This document shows positions 1-12,447 of a stretch of DNA of 64,000 nt, piece after piece. The notes beneath the pieces are model-generated. The model did not search any database. It was given only the letters and a program-made list of their open reading frames with translations, and was not told the DNA's origin. How positions within the stretch are numbered: the first letter of the stretch is position 1; each line of letters opens with the position of its first letter. Origin of the DNA: Thraustochytrium aureum (taxonomy: Eukaryota); the NCBI GenBank assembly GCA_012862495.1, contig BLSG01000080.1, positions 293,068 to 357,067 of the forward strand, read 5' to 3'. The position numbers and the translations under genes were made by a program.

Positions 1-1743
1 CCCTGGTGCTCGCCCTCCGCTCGCCGCACTCGACGCTGCTGGCGGAGTCGGCTCTGCTCGGCCGCGCGCGAGGAGCGCGCAGGAAGGTAAGCAGCGCGGT
101 CGAGTACCTCCTGCCAGTCCTTGAGCAGGGCTCCTGGAAGAGAATTGGCACCGCCAAGGTGTGGAGTGGGAAAGGAAGAGACACTGGTTTCACGCGCTGC
201 GAGGCCTCGCTGTTCCCACCCCGCGCGCACCGCAGCTCTCCTCGCCAGCGAACGCGACCTGGTTGGCACTAGGTGGCTTCAGCCGGCTCACGCCACTTGA
301 CGTGCCCGGACAGGCTCTGGAGGGCTCCAGCTGGTCAGTGCGACGGTGGCGAGCAGCAGCGCCCCGCGAGCGGCGCCTGCCCTCGACCCTGGCCGCCTGC
401 CCGCCTGCCCGCCCGCCTGGTCTTCCGCCCGCGTTGCTGTGCGCTCGCTCGCTCGCTCGCTCGCTCGCTCACTTGTCGGTTTGCGATTGAGCGCGATGAT
501 CGAGCTGAACTGAGCGACGCGTCCAGGGCAGAGTGAACCACCAGAACGCCAGAAAATCGCCAGGACGCGGCTCCTCTGCCGATTCGTAGGTACCGATCCT
601 GCAACTTTGCGAGCTTTCTCCATCAGCCGTGCGGTTTGGAGGCGAGCTTGCTTCGCCAGCCATGCGGTTCGGACTCGGAGGCTCGCATGCCACGTCTGCG
701 CATGCTGCAAGGTATGAGCTGAGCTGAATCGTCGGCCTAGCCGTTTTGTGCACGCCGCAGGGGTACTCTGGCAGCCTATGGAAGCCTATCGTCAACGTGT
801 TTCTCCGAGGACATTATCTAGATCCCTGCCGGAGACTTGCTGGTTGCCGCGGGAGATGGCGGGTACTTGGAGAACATTGGCCTGTAGCGCGGAGGCGCCT
901 GGCCTCGACGGCTCGACCGATCGCGTGGCGCGAGGCCAGCCTGCTGCGCTTTCCTTGCCGGCGTTGCTTGCCGGTACCCCTCGTACCTTTTTCGTTCAGG
1001 GCCCACACAGGAGCTTTCGCCAAGTGATTTCGACCTGTGCGGCACGCTACGGACACAACTGGGCTTGAACGGGGCTTTCGTTGGTTGTCAGACCTTCTTG
1101 GTCGAACCAAGGAGGATCCTCCTTGGTCGAACAAGGTCGAACACAGAGCGGCAGGCCCCGACAAGGCAAGCGACCGTACGTGACTCGCCGGGGTTGCTCC
1201 TGGCACGAACTGAGGCTCGTATTCGTCGCAAGGGTAGCCGGAGGAGAGCTCCGTGAACGCTCGTACTTGGCCTCGAAAAAGCTGCACAAAGTGGGCGGGC
1301 TACTGCGAGCACGCCTCGACGACAATGCGGCAATGCAGACTGCTCTGCCCCATGTCCAGATAGGGCGAGGACGGGTTTGGCTGGCCTCAATCATCCTGCG
1401 ACAGAGCGATTGCGCGCGCGTTAAGCGATTCTTTCTTCAGAACCATGACAAGAGCCCAAGCGCCACTTTCCGAAACTCCAGGAAGACAAGGCCCCACGCG
1501 CGGCGGCCTCACGTGGCACACGCGGCGATCCAACAGGGACGCGCGTACAAGAACCATCTCCTCCTCGGTCGCAATCCGAGCAGCGACCACCGCTGCTTTC
1601 AGTCGGGCAAGCCGAGGAACAGCCACTGCACTGGCACACAAACAAAGCGTTAGGTGATTCGTATGGGGAGCATACCGCGGCGGAAGCGCAGAAGCACACG
1701 CGCGCGAGCGAGCCGCTGGCAGCACAAGAGAGCAAAACAAGCT

Positions 1744-4700
1744 CTAGGCGCTCTCCTCCAGCGCCACGATTTCCGTGTCGTCGTTCTCGACCTCGAAGAG
1801 CATGTCGCCCTCGTAATAGACCTTGCCAGCGCGCTTGGCACGCAGCAAGATGCCAACGAGCGTGTCAGAGATGTCTTCATAAACCTCCAGAAGCTGGCCG
1901 AAAGTGGCCACCGGGCGACCGAACTCGTCCTCAGACCCGATCTCGTGGATCACGTCAAGGAGGCGGTTCATCTCAAATTCGATCCAGGCGGCAGCAGCCT
2001 TGAGTCGCTCCTCCTCGCCGACAGCGCGCAGGCGCTCGTCAAAACGATCATCGAACTCGCTGTCCTCACTGTAGTCGCTGTCGGACAGCACGTCGTCGAC
2101 CTCCCGGTCATCGACGAGCGTCTCCTCGTCGTCCTCGACCTCGCCGAGACGGAATCCCGTGACGTACTCGATCCCGTCGACCGCGGCCTGCGTAAACGAG
2201 CTGAAGAACGACATGAACGAGTTGGCGGCCTCCATGGGACCGCTCTGGTTGGCAACCTCGGCGGCCTTGGCTGCGGCTGCCTTTTCGTCCTTGGTCGCAT
2301 CCGGCTGGGCCGCTTTCTTGGCGCTGTTGCGGCGGGCGTCTTTCGTTTTGCGCGAAACCTTTGGCTTGCTCGCAGCGGAGCCCGTCGCGCCGCGCAAGCG
2401 GTTCATGATGGAGCTCTTCCGGCGCGCAGTTTTGGAAGCCGAGCCTCCGACCAGGGCCGCGGCGCCTTGCGCGGAAGCTGCGCCTGAGCGGCGCTGCGCT
2501 GCGCTCTCGCGGTGCGCCTCTTCCTTCTCGCGGCGCAGAGCAGCAAACCCAAGCGCCTCCCATGCCGGTGTTCGCGCGGCTCGTCTCGATCAAATGCTGC
2601 GTCTCGCGAAGAGCCTTCTCGACNNNNNNNNNNNNNNNNNNNNNNNNNNNNNNNNNNNNNNNNNNNNNNNNNNNNNNNNNNNNNNNNNNNNNNNNNNNNN
2701 NNNNNNNNNNNNNNNNNNNNNNNNNNNNNNNNNNNNNNNNNNNNNNNNNNNNNNNNNNNNNNNNNNNNNNNNNNNNNNNNNNNNNNNNNNNNNNNNNNNN
2801 NNNNNNNNNNNNNNNNNNNNNCTCGACTGCTGCCGCCTTGGCCATGGCGTCCAGCTTTGCGTTCTCCAGCTGCGTCGCCTCGAGCTCGGCAAGGAACCGG
2901 GCCTCCTCCGCCTCGGCCCTGGCTATGGCCGCTTTGGCAGCCAACTCTTCGACTTTCTTGCGCTGCTTCTCCGACACCTTCTGGGCTGCGAGGGCCTCGA
3001 GCTTTTCCATGGCGCGGCGCTCAGCCTCGGCCCGCACCATCTCCTGCTCTGCGGCCTTTTGAGCGGCGAGCTCGGCGCGGGCGAGCTCGCGCTCCTTTTC
3101 CTCGCTTTCCTTGAGAGCATCGCCGCGGACCTTGGCGGCGGCCGCTTCGGCGCGACGGCGCGCGGCCTCGGCGTTCTCGACCATCTGCTCAGCGCGCAGG
3201 ATGGCCTCGTCCACCTTGGCCAGCTCGAGCACAATCGCGTTTGCAGCCGACGCCTCGGCGATAATGCTTTCGGTTCGCTCGACAACGTCTTCGGCCTCGG
3301 CGCGCTCTGCAGCAGTTCGGACCGCCACTTCTTCAAGGTGGTCCAAGCGCTTGCGCACGGCGACGTACTCTTCCTCGAGCGCTGCGGCGCGCTCTTCGTC
3401 GCCGGCCTTGCGGGCCTCGCGGAGGAGCGCCTTCAGCCGCTGCTCCTCTTCGGCGACGCCAGAGAGCTCGTTCATGGTCGCTGCGTTTTCCAAGTCCTTT
3501 TCGACCTTGACTCGCTCCGCCTCTGCAGCGTGCTCCCGAAGTTCTTGCTGCTCGGCGTACGACATAACGTTGAGTCCGAGGTTGGATTGGACCGAGACGC
3601 GGGCGGACTCGTGCGCGGCAAGAGCGGCGGCAGCGATCGACTTGGCCTTGGACTCGCGCTCTACTGCAAGGCGCGTCGAGGGGATTCTGGACCCGTTCGT
3701 TGAGGTTCGCAGCAGAGCTGTGCTTGAGCGGCGGTTCGCGGGCGAAGCGGTAGTGGCGTCGGCGGCGGCCTTGGTCTCTTCCTCTCCGTGCTCCCCGTCG
3801 TCCTCCTCTTCCTCTTGTTCCTCGTCTTGCTCCTCGACCTCGGCCCCGTGCTGGTTTGCATCCTCGTCGGCCTGCTGAGCCCTGCCGCCTTCAGGCTGCT
3901 CTTCGGCGGCAACGGCAGCTTGTTGCACCTTCTCCTCTTCCCCCATCTTTCCGTTTAGCAGGGCGGCAGCCGCTTCGTCCTCGGCCGGCTGGGCGGCGCG
4001 GGGGGCCTTCTTCGCCTTGGCCTTCTTGGGGGCACCTTTCTTGGCGGCGCTCTTGGCGGCGGGGTCGCTGAGCTGCAGCGAAGCCCTCGACGCGCGCTTG
4101 GCCGCCTCGTTGATGCCGTTCAGCTTGCGGTATGCCTCTACTCGGGCTTTGTACTCGCGCTCCTCCACAGATCTGGACCTCTGGTGCTGGCCCATGAGGA
4201 CCGGCCTGTCGGTGAGCGCGTCTGCCTCGCTGAGCTTGCGGAGCACGCGCACGATGGTGTGCATCCAGTACGTCTTGTCCTCCGGCGTCTCGGCCGCCAG
4301 GTAGACGGTCTGCGAAAAGTCAGAGAGCATGAAGCCGTTCTTGCGGCTGTTCTTGATGCGGCGCAGGATAGAGTCCGCCGCGTACCAGTTCTTGTTGAGC
4401 AGAATCACGCCCGACGGCGCCTTGTCGGCGCGCTTGTGGTAGTACTCGAGCCGGTCGGTGAACAGCTTAAAGTACCGCCGCCGCCAGTTGCGCCCGCTCT
4501 TCAGGGACCGCTTGAACAAGTGGCCCTCCATGAGCGTCTTTTCCTCGAAGCGGCGCATCGTCTTTTGCGAGCGCTGCTTGGCCATCTTCTTCTTTTTCTT
4601 GTCTGACATGTTGCGCTCCAGCAGATACCGATGCGCGTTCTCGTAGACCTCCTGCGAGACGGCGCCTTTGGCGACCAGCGAACGCATCTCCTTGAGCCGC

Positions 4701-4774
4701 TCGAACGCGTCCAGCTCGCCGTCCAGCTGCTTCCACTTGTTCACAAACTCGTTGTCATCTCGCTTGCCCGCCAT
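1744..4774 (-). CDS. SHOCT-like + PH + long coiled-coil + C-terminal Costars (ABRA/ABRACL-type) domain protein; interrupted by gap 2624-2821 and a frameshift near 2550-2565
   Basis: ATG at 4774 (MAGKRDD). SHOCT-like FERLKEMRSLVAKGAVSQEVYENAHRYLL. PH domain MEGHLFKRS..NWRRRYFKL..LEYY..VYLAAETPEDKTYWMHTI. A/E/K-rich coiled coil. ORF 1744-2406 ends in a Costars motif (EMNRLLDVIHEIG..ATFGQLL..ISDTLVGILLRAKRAGKVYYEGDMLF..DDTEIVAL), and that frame stays open upstream of its ATG to the shift site. Confidence 0.8.
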
Positions 4775-5791
4775 CGCGGCGCCCGGGCGTTCCGGCGCGT
4801 TCGCCGCCCACTCCGCCAGTGCTGCCTTCGCGCGGTCTTCGGCCTTGCACTCGCGCACACTCGCACGCACGCAGGGGAAGCGGCCTGCCAAACTACTCGA
4901 CTCGATGCCCTGCCTTTCCCGAGCGCCCTCGACAGCCAGGCGCCTCGAGCGGGTCTAGACGCGCGGCTGCGCTGGTCGTGCCTGCCGCAGCCTTCGGCTC
5001 GCGCGCGCCCCGCCCGCGTTCGCCGTCTGTTCACGGCCCTGTCGGCCCAGCGCGCCTCACGCTGGCTGGCACGCACGCTTCCTTCGGTCGTTTCTGCGCT
5101 CGTTCATGCGTGAGAGTGGACTTTTGGTCTCCTTCACGACGCCTTCGCCTTTTTTGTTCATGAAGTTGGCCTTCGTTTCGCGAGGCCAAAACCAAAACCA
5201 AAACCAAAAAAAGCAACTCTTGATGGATTGAACGAGAGCGAAAACGAGAACAAAATGGTCAAACTTGATTTTGTTTGGTCTCAAGACAACAGGTTTGTTT
5301 GACTCACTCGCCAGTGACAGAGTCCAGCGCGAGGAGGAATGCGGTGCGCTTGTCTTGAGATTCAAGAGTTGCGCGAGGCGAGCGAGTGGGTGCGCAAGCG
5401 CGTGCCTCGCTCGCCGGCCGTCCGAACGAGCCGATGATCCGACCTCACTTCCCCAGCAGCGCGGGCACGGACGGAGCGCTCGCGTTTTGTTTTCATTCCT
5501 GCAAGCAAGCACGCTGCAAGTGCCGGTGGGTGGGTGGCGAGGTGCATTTGCAAGGCGTGGAGATTGCGGAGTTTCACGGATCCCTCTATTGTCCCCCAAG
5601 TCGACGTGAATCTGCCAGGACTACCGGTTGGAGCACACGGCAAACGCCGAACGCGTTGCCTGGCGTCGGGACCTGCTCGGGGCGCTGCGCTCAGCGGGAA
5701 GGGCGGAGGGAGCGCGAGCGAGAGGGCGAGCCAGCGAGCCTAGCTAGATCGCCCTGCGCCCCTCGGGTTTCGGGGCCTGGCGTTTGGTCCG

Positions 5792-7734
5792 ATGGCGACC
5801 GAGACCAGCAAGAAGCGGCCCAACCCGACGTTGGAGGCCGGACGCGTTGAGCTGCTGGTGTTTAACGTGTCGCACGTCGACCTGATTCTCGGCGTGCTGC
5901 GCGCTGGCGGGGATGCTGGGGCTGCGGCGCAGAGGCTACTGGACGAGGAGGACGCTGTGGTGAGGCAGAGCGAAGACGTCGCGTTTGCCCGGCCGAGGTT
6001 TAATGCCTACTACCCGCTGTGCTTGCAGGTCAAGACGGCGCTGGACGCGCTGGGCGACCGCGCGCGCACGCTGAGCTGCCCCTTTGTGCAGAACGCGCGT
6101 TGCGACGTCGCGTCGGAGGACGCTCCAGGCGGCAACGCGGCCGCAAACGCGTCACAGGAGATCATCCAGCGTGCCGCGCGCGTCGCTCGTGCCGCGCACT
6201 CCGCTACAAAAGCGGTCGCCGATCGAACAACAGAGGCGTCAGCCCATGGGGGCGCGGCCAGCGCCTCGGCGATGGAGGTTGAGAGCGGAGAAAGCAAAGG
6301 AGGAGCAGCGGTCAGCGAAAGCAAACGCGGCAACGGCAACAGCGGCGAGGAGGTGGTTGCTGCTGCTGCGGCGGCGGCGGCGGCGGCGGAGGAGGAGGAG
6401 GAGGATCAGCCAGCGGACGCGCCCAGAAACGTCCCCGTCGGTCTTGGACTGGAATGCGAGCCGGTTCAGATCGACTCATGGCGGAACATGCACTTGCGGC
6501 AAGGCGAGGAGGCTGCCGCTGGGGACGGTAGCGCTGGAGGCCCAAAGGTTGTTGCTGTCATGCTGCCACTCCTCGCGCAGGTCCTTGCGACGTGGATCGA
6601 GATAGTCGACGCAGCCGACTTTGATAGCCTGGTGGACATGGGAAGCCATTCCAAGCGCGTCGTCTTCCTCATCTCTGGTGCCGGCAAGCCGCGAAACCGC
6701 GAGCTGGACATCCGCAGCAACTCGACCAAGGGCGCCGCAAAGATCATGGAGCTCTTCATCAAGCGCACGTACCCGGGCGTGGAGACAAGGTGCCTCGACT
6801 CGGGCCTCGGCGTGTTCCACTACGATCAGAACGTTAGCTTTTGCAACGAGACTGTGCTCCCGGCCCTGGAGGAAATCCGGCACCCGCTGGTGACCACGTA
6901 CGGCGACGAGTGGAAAAAGCGCCTCCGGCTCACGATCGCGCTTACGGACGGGTCGCCCGCGCGACTCGCGGCGCGGGGGCTTCGCTGCGAACGTACCGGC
7001 CCAACTACTTGCACATGTGGCAGCTCAAGACGTTCTGGTACGAGCACAAGTTCTTCCGCGACGACCTCATCTACCAGTCTTTCGAGACGATGGAGACCAA
7101 GCCGCCCGTGCCCATGGAGGAACTCGACAAGGCCGTCCGCGAACTCGTGGTCGAAATGCGCAAGCACAAGGAGCAGTTTGCTGCCGCCAAAGCCTCGCGC
7201 TCCGTGGACGAGCTCGGGGCGTTCTGGCTCCGGAAAACGCGCAAGTGCGTTCTCTCTGTGCTCATGGTGCAAAGTCCGAACGACGCCAAGCCGCGCTTCT
7301 TCCGCGGCATGAACCTAGAGGTCTCCATGCCGACGGGCTCGCTGTGTTCTGAGCGCAACGTGATCGGGACCGCGCTAGCGTCTGACCCAACCCTTCGGCG
7401 CCAGGACCTCCGCATGATCTCCGTCCTGTCGATGACGCTCGACCCTCCGCCCATGGGCAGCGACACTCCGGCTGGGACGCCGCAGGGCCGCGCGCGCCCG
7501 TCCCCGGACAAGCACCGGTCCAAGGTGATGCGATCGCGCAGCCGCAGCTCGTCATCCAGCTTGCCGTCTGTGCAGAACAGCTCGCTCAGGTTTCTGGGCG
7601 AGCTTAATCCGATCCAGCCGTGCGGCGCGTGCAACGAGTGGCTGAAAAAGATCGCAGAAGTGAACCCCACTTTCAAGGTGGTCACCTTTCCCAACTCAGA
7701 CTGCGATGAGGCCTTCGTGCAGGAGGTGCATTAG
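5792..7734 (+). CDS. Cytidine deaminase-fold protein (3-Cys Zn site) with large N-terminal Rossmann/CARF-like region; single frameshift near 6973
   Basis: C-terminal RGMNLEVSMPTGSLCSERNVIG (CSE 7345-7353) and PCGAC (7618-7632) match the GxNxE..CAE..PCGxC motifs of tetrameric CDA. ORFs 5792-7312 and 6841-7734 join with one added base at gcggcgcgggggct (ARLAA[L]GASLRTYRP). Confidence 0.85.
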
Positions 7735-8040
7735 CGCGCGCGCGTAAGTCGGGTCCTGCTCCTTCGGCCGGCTTCGCGCCGCATCCTGCGCTTGAACGCA
7801 CAAGTCGGGCAGCGCCGAGCCGGGAAGGGCGCGAGCCACGAGCTGGCTCGGCAGGTCGGCTTTTCGTGGCGCACCCAAATCAATGTCACAGTAGCAGGGC
7901 TTTTTTTTCAAAAGTTTGTCACAACCAATTCAAACCACTCGTACTCGAACCCTTCAGGCTCTAGCTAGAGAATCCTCAGGCCGGCCGGCAGGCCGCCACC
8001 CTCGCGCAACAGGTTTTGCCAGAATCGAGGGTCTTGCAAT

Positions 8041-9153
8041 TCAATGAAACTCGTTCAAGCCCAGCAGGGGCTCGAGCATGTCCGGAAGGCTGCCCGACGG
8101 CGACCTACGCGCGCCGGTCGCCGTTTCCGCCTTGTCTTCCTCCAAGTCGTCCACGCACACGCCCTTGCACCCCGAGTGGCTTAACCTGTCGCAGATCCAC
8201 GATGGGTTCAGCAATCCGGCGAGAGTCTCCTGCAGTTTCGCGCGCACAGCCACACCTGCCTCTTCCTCCAATTCAAAGCCGGTCTCGCATTCGCCAGAGA
8301 GTTTGGACTTGTACTGCCCAGAGAGCTCTGCGGCTACGCCAAGGAGGACAAAGCAGACGCAAACGATGCTGTGGTCGCGAAGCTGTGCAAGCACCTCAGT
8401 GACGAACGGGTCGCCTCGGGCTTCCGCGTCGCCAAAGCAAGTCGCGAGGCTAGCCCCTAGAGAAGCAACTGTGAACTCGTCGCTGAATGGGAGGCCAAGG
8501 CACTCTTGCGCCATCACGTGCCCGGACACAATCTGAACAACAAATTCGCTGATGAGCGAGACCGCTTCTGAAGAGACCGCGCCGCGGCCGGTGCCATTGG
8601 CCCCCGCGTGCGCATCGTGCTCTGCAAGCGCCTCCCACGTCCAGATCGCTTGCCGAACGCGGTCTGCTGCGGCGTGGATCCGCCTGCGTTCTGTGCCGTG
8701 GGCTGTTTCGCGCCACCGAGTTCCCCGCGGCGCAAAGCGCGGGCCCGCTCTTTGGCGACCTCCTCCTCGCTGCGCGCGAGGGGCAGTCCCTCCTGGACCG
8801 ACGAGACACCTTGGCGCCTCGAACGCCGACGGTCGGTCCTGGGTTGATCGGCCACGAGCCCTTCAGCAGGCACTTCGCTTGCGGACACAACAACCTTGTC
8901 CCTTGGCGCGAGCTGAGCCCGCGCGCTTGTCCGTCCGCGCTGCGGTAACCAAGCACGCCCCCATCTCCTCGAACCCTGCTGAGCAGCGGCGCGCCAGCCG
9001 GCCGCACTCTCGCGCGATATTCTGGCCGTGCTTGCCACACCGAGCGAGAACGCGCTGATCGGCGCCGACCTCGACGTGCCGCTTCCGCTTGCCGTCGCTC
9101 TCCACGAACAGCAGCAAGTGCCAGCAGCGCAGGGCCAGCAGCGCCAAGGCCAG
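8041..9153 (-). CDS. Hypothetical protein, 5' end in gap, frameshifted
   Basis: Chained minus-strand frames (LALALLALRCWHLL..; RDKVVVSASEV..; SEFVVQIVSGHVMAQECLGLP..LGLNEFH*) look coding. No family recognised. Confidence 0.45.
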
Positions 9154-9557
9154 NNNNNNNNNNNNNNNNNNNNNNNNNNNNNNNNNNNNNNNNNNNNNNN
9201 NNNNNNNNNNNNNNNNNNNNNNNNNNNNNNNNNNNNNNNNNNNNNNNNNNNNNNNNNNNNNNNNNNNNNNNNNNNNNNNNNNNNNNNNNNNNNNNNNNNN
9301 NNNNNNNNNNNNNNNNNNNNNNNNNNNNNNNNNNNNNNNNNNNNNNNNNNNNNNNNNNNNNNNNNNNNNNNNNNNNNNNNNNNNNNNNNNNNNNNNNNNN
9401 NNNNNNNNNNNNNNNNNNNNNNNNNNNNNNNNNNNNNNNNNNNNNNNNNNNNNNNNNNNNNNNNNNNNNNNNNNNNNNNNNNNNNNNNNNNNNNNNNNNN
9501 NNNNNNNNNNNNNNNNNNNNNNNNNNNNNNNNNNNNNNNNNNNNNNNNNNNNNNNNN

Positions 9558-11405
9558 CCGACTGGTCGAGCTCTTCGGTGCTCTTGCCGAGCCCATCGCG
9601 GCCCTTTTTCGCGGCGCGCACCTCCTGGGGCGCAGCCTGGCGCGCCCCGCTCTCCGTGATTGGAAGGGCCTCCTCCATCTGGATGGCGCCAACGTTGAGC
9701 GGCTTGATGGCGCCCTCCAGCGTCGCCGGCTTTGGCGTGTAGTGAAAGTTGCTGAGCGCGTCGAGCTTGTGAAAGAGCTCGGTGAACATGCCCTGGATCT
9801 CCTGCTGCTCGGCCGTTCGCTTTGCGTCCTCCTCCGGCGTGTGGCCCATCACCTGCTCCTCGTACTCCTTCGCGTACTCCTCGGCGAGGCCCACCTTGCT
9901 CTTCTCCACGGAAAGCTCGGCGCGCGGCTTGAAGTTGGCATCCAGCGCGAGCGGCAACTTGCGCTCAACGTCGTCAAAGTCGCCGTCCAGAATGCGCTGC
10001 TTGATCTTGTCCTCGAGTGACTTTGTGCTCTCTTCGGTGATCGTGGGCGCGGGCCGACTCAGAAAGTCCACGTCGAGGTCGCCTTTCTCCAAAAGGCTGT
10101 TTTGGGGCCGCGAGAACGCCTCCACCTCACCCTTCAACTCCCAAGGTTTTTGGGCCATCGCCTCGTTTTCCAGCTCCGCGATCTGGGCGCGGATTTCGGC
10201 CTGCTGCCGCTCGAACGTCGACAATTCGGCCTCTTGGCCAGCGTTGTCTTCGTCTTGCATACCTGAACCAGCATCGGCCTCGCTGTCGTCTGCCTCGCTC
10301 TCTTCTTTTTCCTCGTCGATCTCGCTTTCTAGCCCATCAGCACTCGCGTCGCTCTTGGCCTTGCGCTTGCTCTTGCCTTTGCTCTTCCCGCCCCAGAGGT
10401 CGGCAAACTTGTAATCTGCGCCTTCGCCGCCATCGTCGGACTCGTCGTACTCGTCGCTGACCTCGTCGTCCTCCTCGGCCATGTCGTCTTCGGCATTGCC
10501 ATCGTCGCTGTAGTCGTCCGCCTCAGCTTCTTGAGCCGCCTGCGCGCGACCGGCGGCTCCCATCTTGCGCTCGGCTTTGCGAGCGGCCTCTTGCTTTTCG
10601 AGGCGCTTGCGCTCTTCGAGCATCAGCTTCATGTCGATGTCGTCCTGTTCTACGGATTCGACGAACCGCTCCATGTCGGAAAACTTGAAAAACTCGTCAT
10701 CCATCTCTGTCGGAGCGCGAGTGTCGTCGTCCCCATCTTCGCCCTGGTCGCTGCTGTCGCTGCCATCTTGCTCGCTGCGCCGCGCCCGCTTTTGTTCAGA
10801 CCGGCCGGCTGTTGCTTTGATTTGTTCTCGTCGTCCTCCTCGCTGTCAGCCGAGGCAGACATCTCAGAGCCGTCGTCCCCGATTTGCGCAGATGCGCTTT
10901 TGTATTCTTCTTCCTCCTGAGAGTCGACGGCTTCGCTTGCGCTGCCGTCACTGTCCTCCTCGTCCTCGTTGTCGTCGTCGTCGTCGTTGTCGTCGTCGTC
11001 GGATTCTCGGTCTGCAAAACGCTCGACAATTCGGATGTTTGCCAGCCGTACAAGAGCGCGCGACTTGTTCTCGACATACTTGATCACTGGCTCGTTCTCC
11101 ATCTCCAGCATCGCCCAGAGTTGCTCTTTGTCAAAGCCCTCGGTCACGAGCTCGTCCAGCCCGGAGCCCACGCCCGCCGAGTCGGCTTTGCGCAGCGCAT
11201 CGAACAGCGCTTTGAGCCCGCTCAGCAGCTCAGCGGCAAGCTTCGCGTCTCGCCCGGGCGCGAACCGCTCCGGCTGGACGGCCGCGAGCCTCTCCAGCAC
11301 ATCCTTCGCCGGGAGGCCCGCGTGCACCTTGAATTTCACTGCACCAAGCGCCGCGCCACCCACCCCGGCGTCCGTGCTCGCGCCCGAGTCGCTGGCGCCG
11401 TCCAT
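9558..11405 (-). CDS. MPP10: U3 snoRNP protein MPP10 (3' end in gap; frameshift near 10800)
   Basis: ELVTEGFDKEQLWAMLEMEN, DDEFFKFSDMERF, LSTFERQQ, KPWELKGEV, RPQNSLLE, FDDVERK, EKSKVGLAEEY and LFHKLDALSNFHYTPKP are hallmark Mpp10 motifs. Confidence 0.93.
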
Positions 11406-11430
11406 CTCCGCGTACACGCAGACTCGCAGG

Positions 11431-11480
11431 CACGCAGGCACACGCAGGCACACGCAGGCACACGCAGGCACACGCAGGCG
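11431..11480. repeat. 10-bp tandem repeat (CACGCAGGCA) x5 just upstream of the MPP10 start
   Basis: Seen directly in the sequence. Confidence 0.9.
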
Positions 11481-11785
11481 CGCAGGCAGGATGTTGGTCT
11501 CCCGCGACCTCGCGCAACTCCAACTCGATCACTTTCGCTGGCGCTGCTGACCAGTCAAATCCGCCGCGCGTTCACCACAATCCGCACACCCCCGCTTTCC
11601 GCGTTCCCCCGAACAAATTGTGCACACCTTGGGTGCTGCGTGTGTTCGTCGCTGGCGTCGCACAAATCGATGCTCACAGCTTGCTCACAGCACAGCGCGG
11701 TGTACTGCTCCAGTACCGTGACGTGGTAGCACGCAGCAGCAGGAGCAGCAGGAGCAGCAGGAGCAGTTGTTGCGGCGGCGGTGGC

Positions 11786-11816
<31 letters not shown>

Positions 11817-11960
11817 TGTCAACTTTGCGACGGTCCAAGCAGGTGTGCCAGTGGAGGGTCAACCGAGTCCTCTACACGCCGCAGAAACAGGTAAGGCAGT
11901 ACAAGACGACGCGGACTTGCTTGACTTACTCGGGCAGCACGAGAAAGAGGGCGGTGCGCG

Positions 11961-12447
11961 ATGACGGCCGTCAAGTTCCTTAACACGCGCGACAGCGCGG
12001 AGCGCCGGGCGAGCATTGCCGCACACCTCAAGGAGGGCGTCAGCAAGCAGCGCGAGCTGCGCGAGCTCGCGATCAAGACGTGGAAGGTCAACCAGAAGGA
12101 GAGGGACCTCAAGCTCGCTGAGCTGGTCCCCAAGGTGGAAGCGCGCATCGCCGCCGCCCACGAGCGCCAAGTCACCAAGGAAGCCGAGGCCCGCAAGCTG
12201 CGCGACGAGGCCATCGCAGCCTTCGTGGCCGCCGAAAAGGAGGCCGCCCCCAAGCGCGTGCAAAAGATCGCCGAAAAGTCGGCCGAGGTCCAGGCCCGCA
12301 TCGCCGCCGCCACGGAGAAGCGCAAGTCGCTCGACGCCCAGGCTCGCGCCACCCGGCTCGCAAGCGTCGAGCAGTGGCGGGCCGAAGACGCCGCGGTTTG
12401 CAAAGGCGCCAAGACGCCGGAGGAGCGCGAGGCGGCCCGCAACAAAG
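11961..12447 (+). CDS. Highly codon-biased alpha-helical protein with stathmin-like internal repeat (3' end in gap)
   Basis: Almost exclusively G/C-ending codons. VEARIAAAHER (12135) and VQARIAAATEKRKS (12288) are exactly 51 codons apart. Confidence 0.7.

Noticed and set aside
1..1740. Possible minus-strand gene start (about 1-623, with a GTGAGC..CAG intron near 471-331) and many short ORFs
   Set aside because: No recognisable domain, inconsistent frames and weak codon bias; cannot be supported.
1654..5113. Long antisense ORFs over real genes (e.g. 1654-2487, 2159-3703; also 51183-52652, 60497-62233)
   Set aside because: These are shadow ORFs expected from high GC3 codon usage; the motifs are on the opposite strand.
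5160..5300. AT-rich island with (AAAACC)x3 resembling a telomeric repeat
   Set aside because: Only three copies, in the divergent intergenic region; more likely promoter-associated low-complexity sequence.
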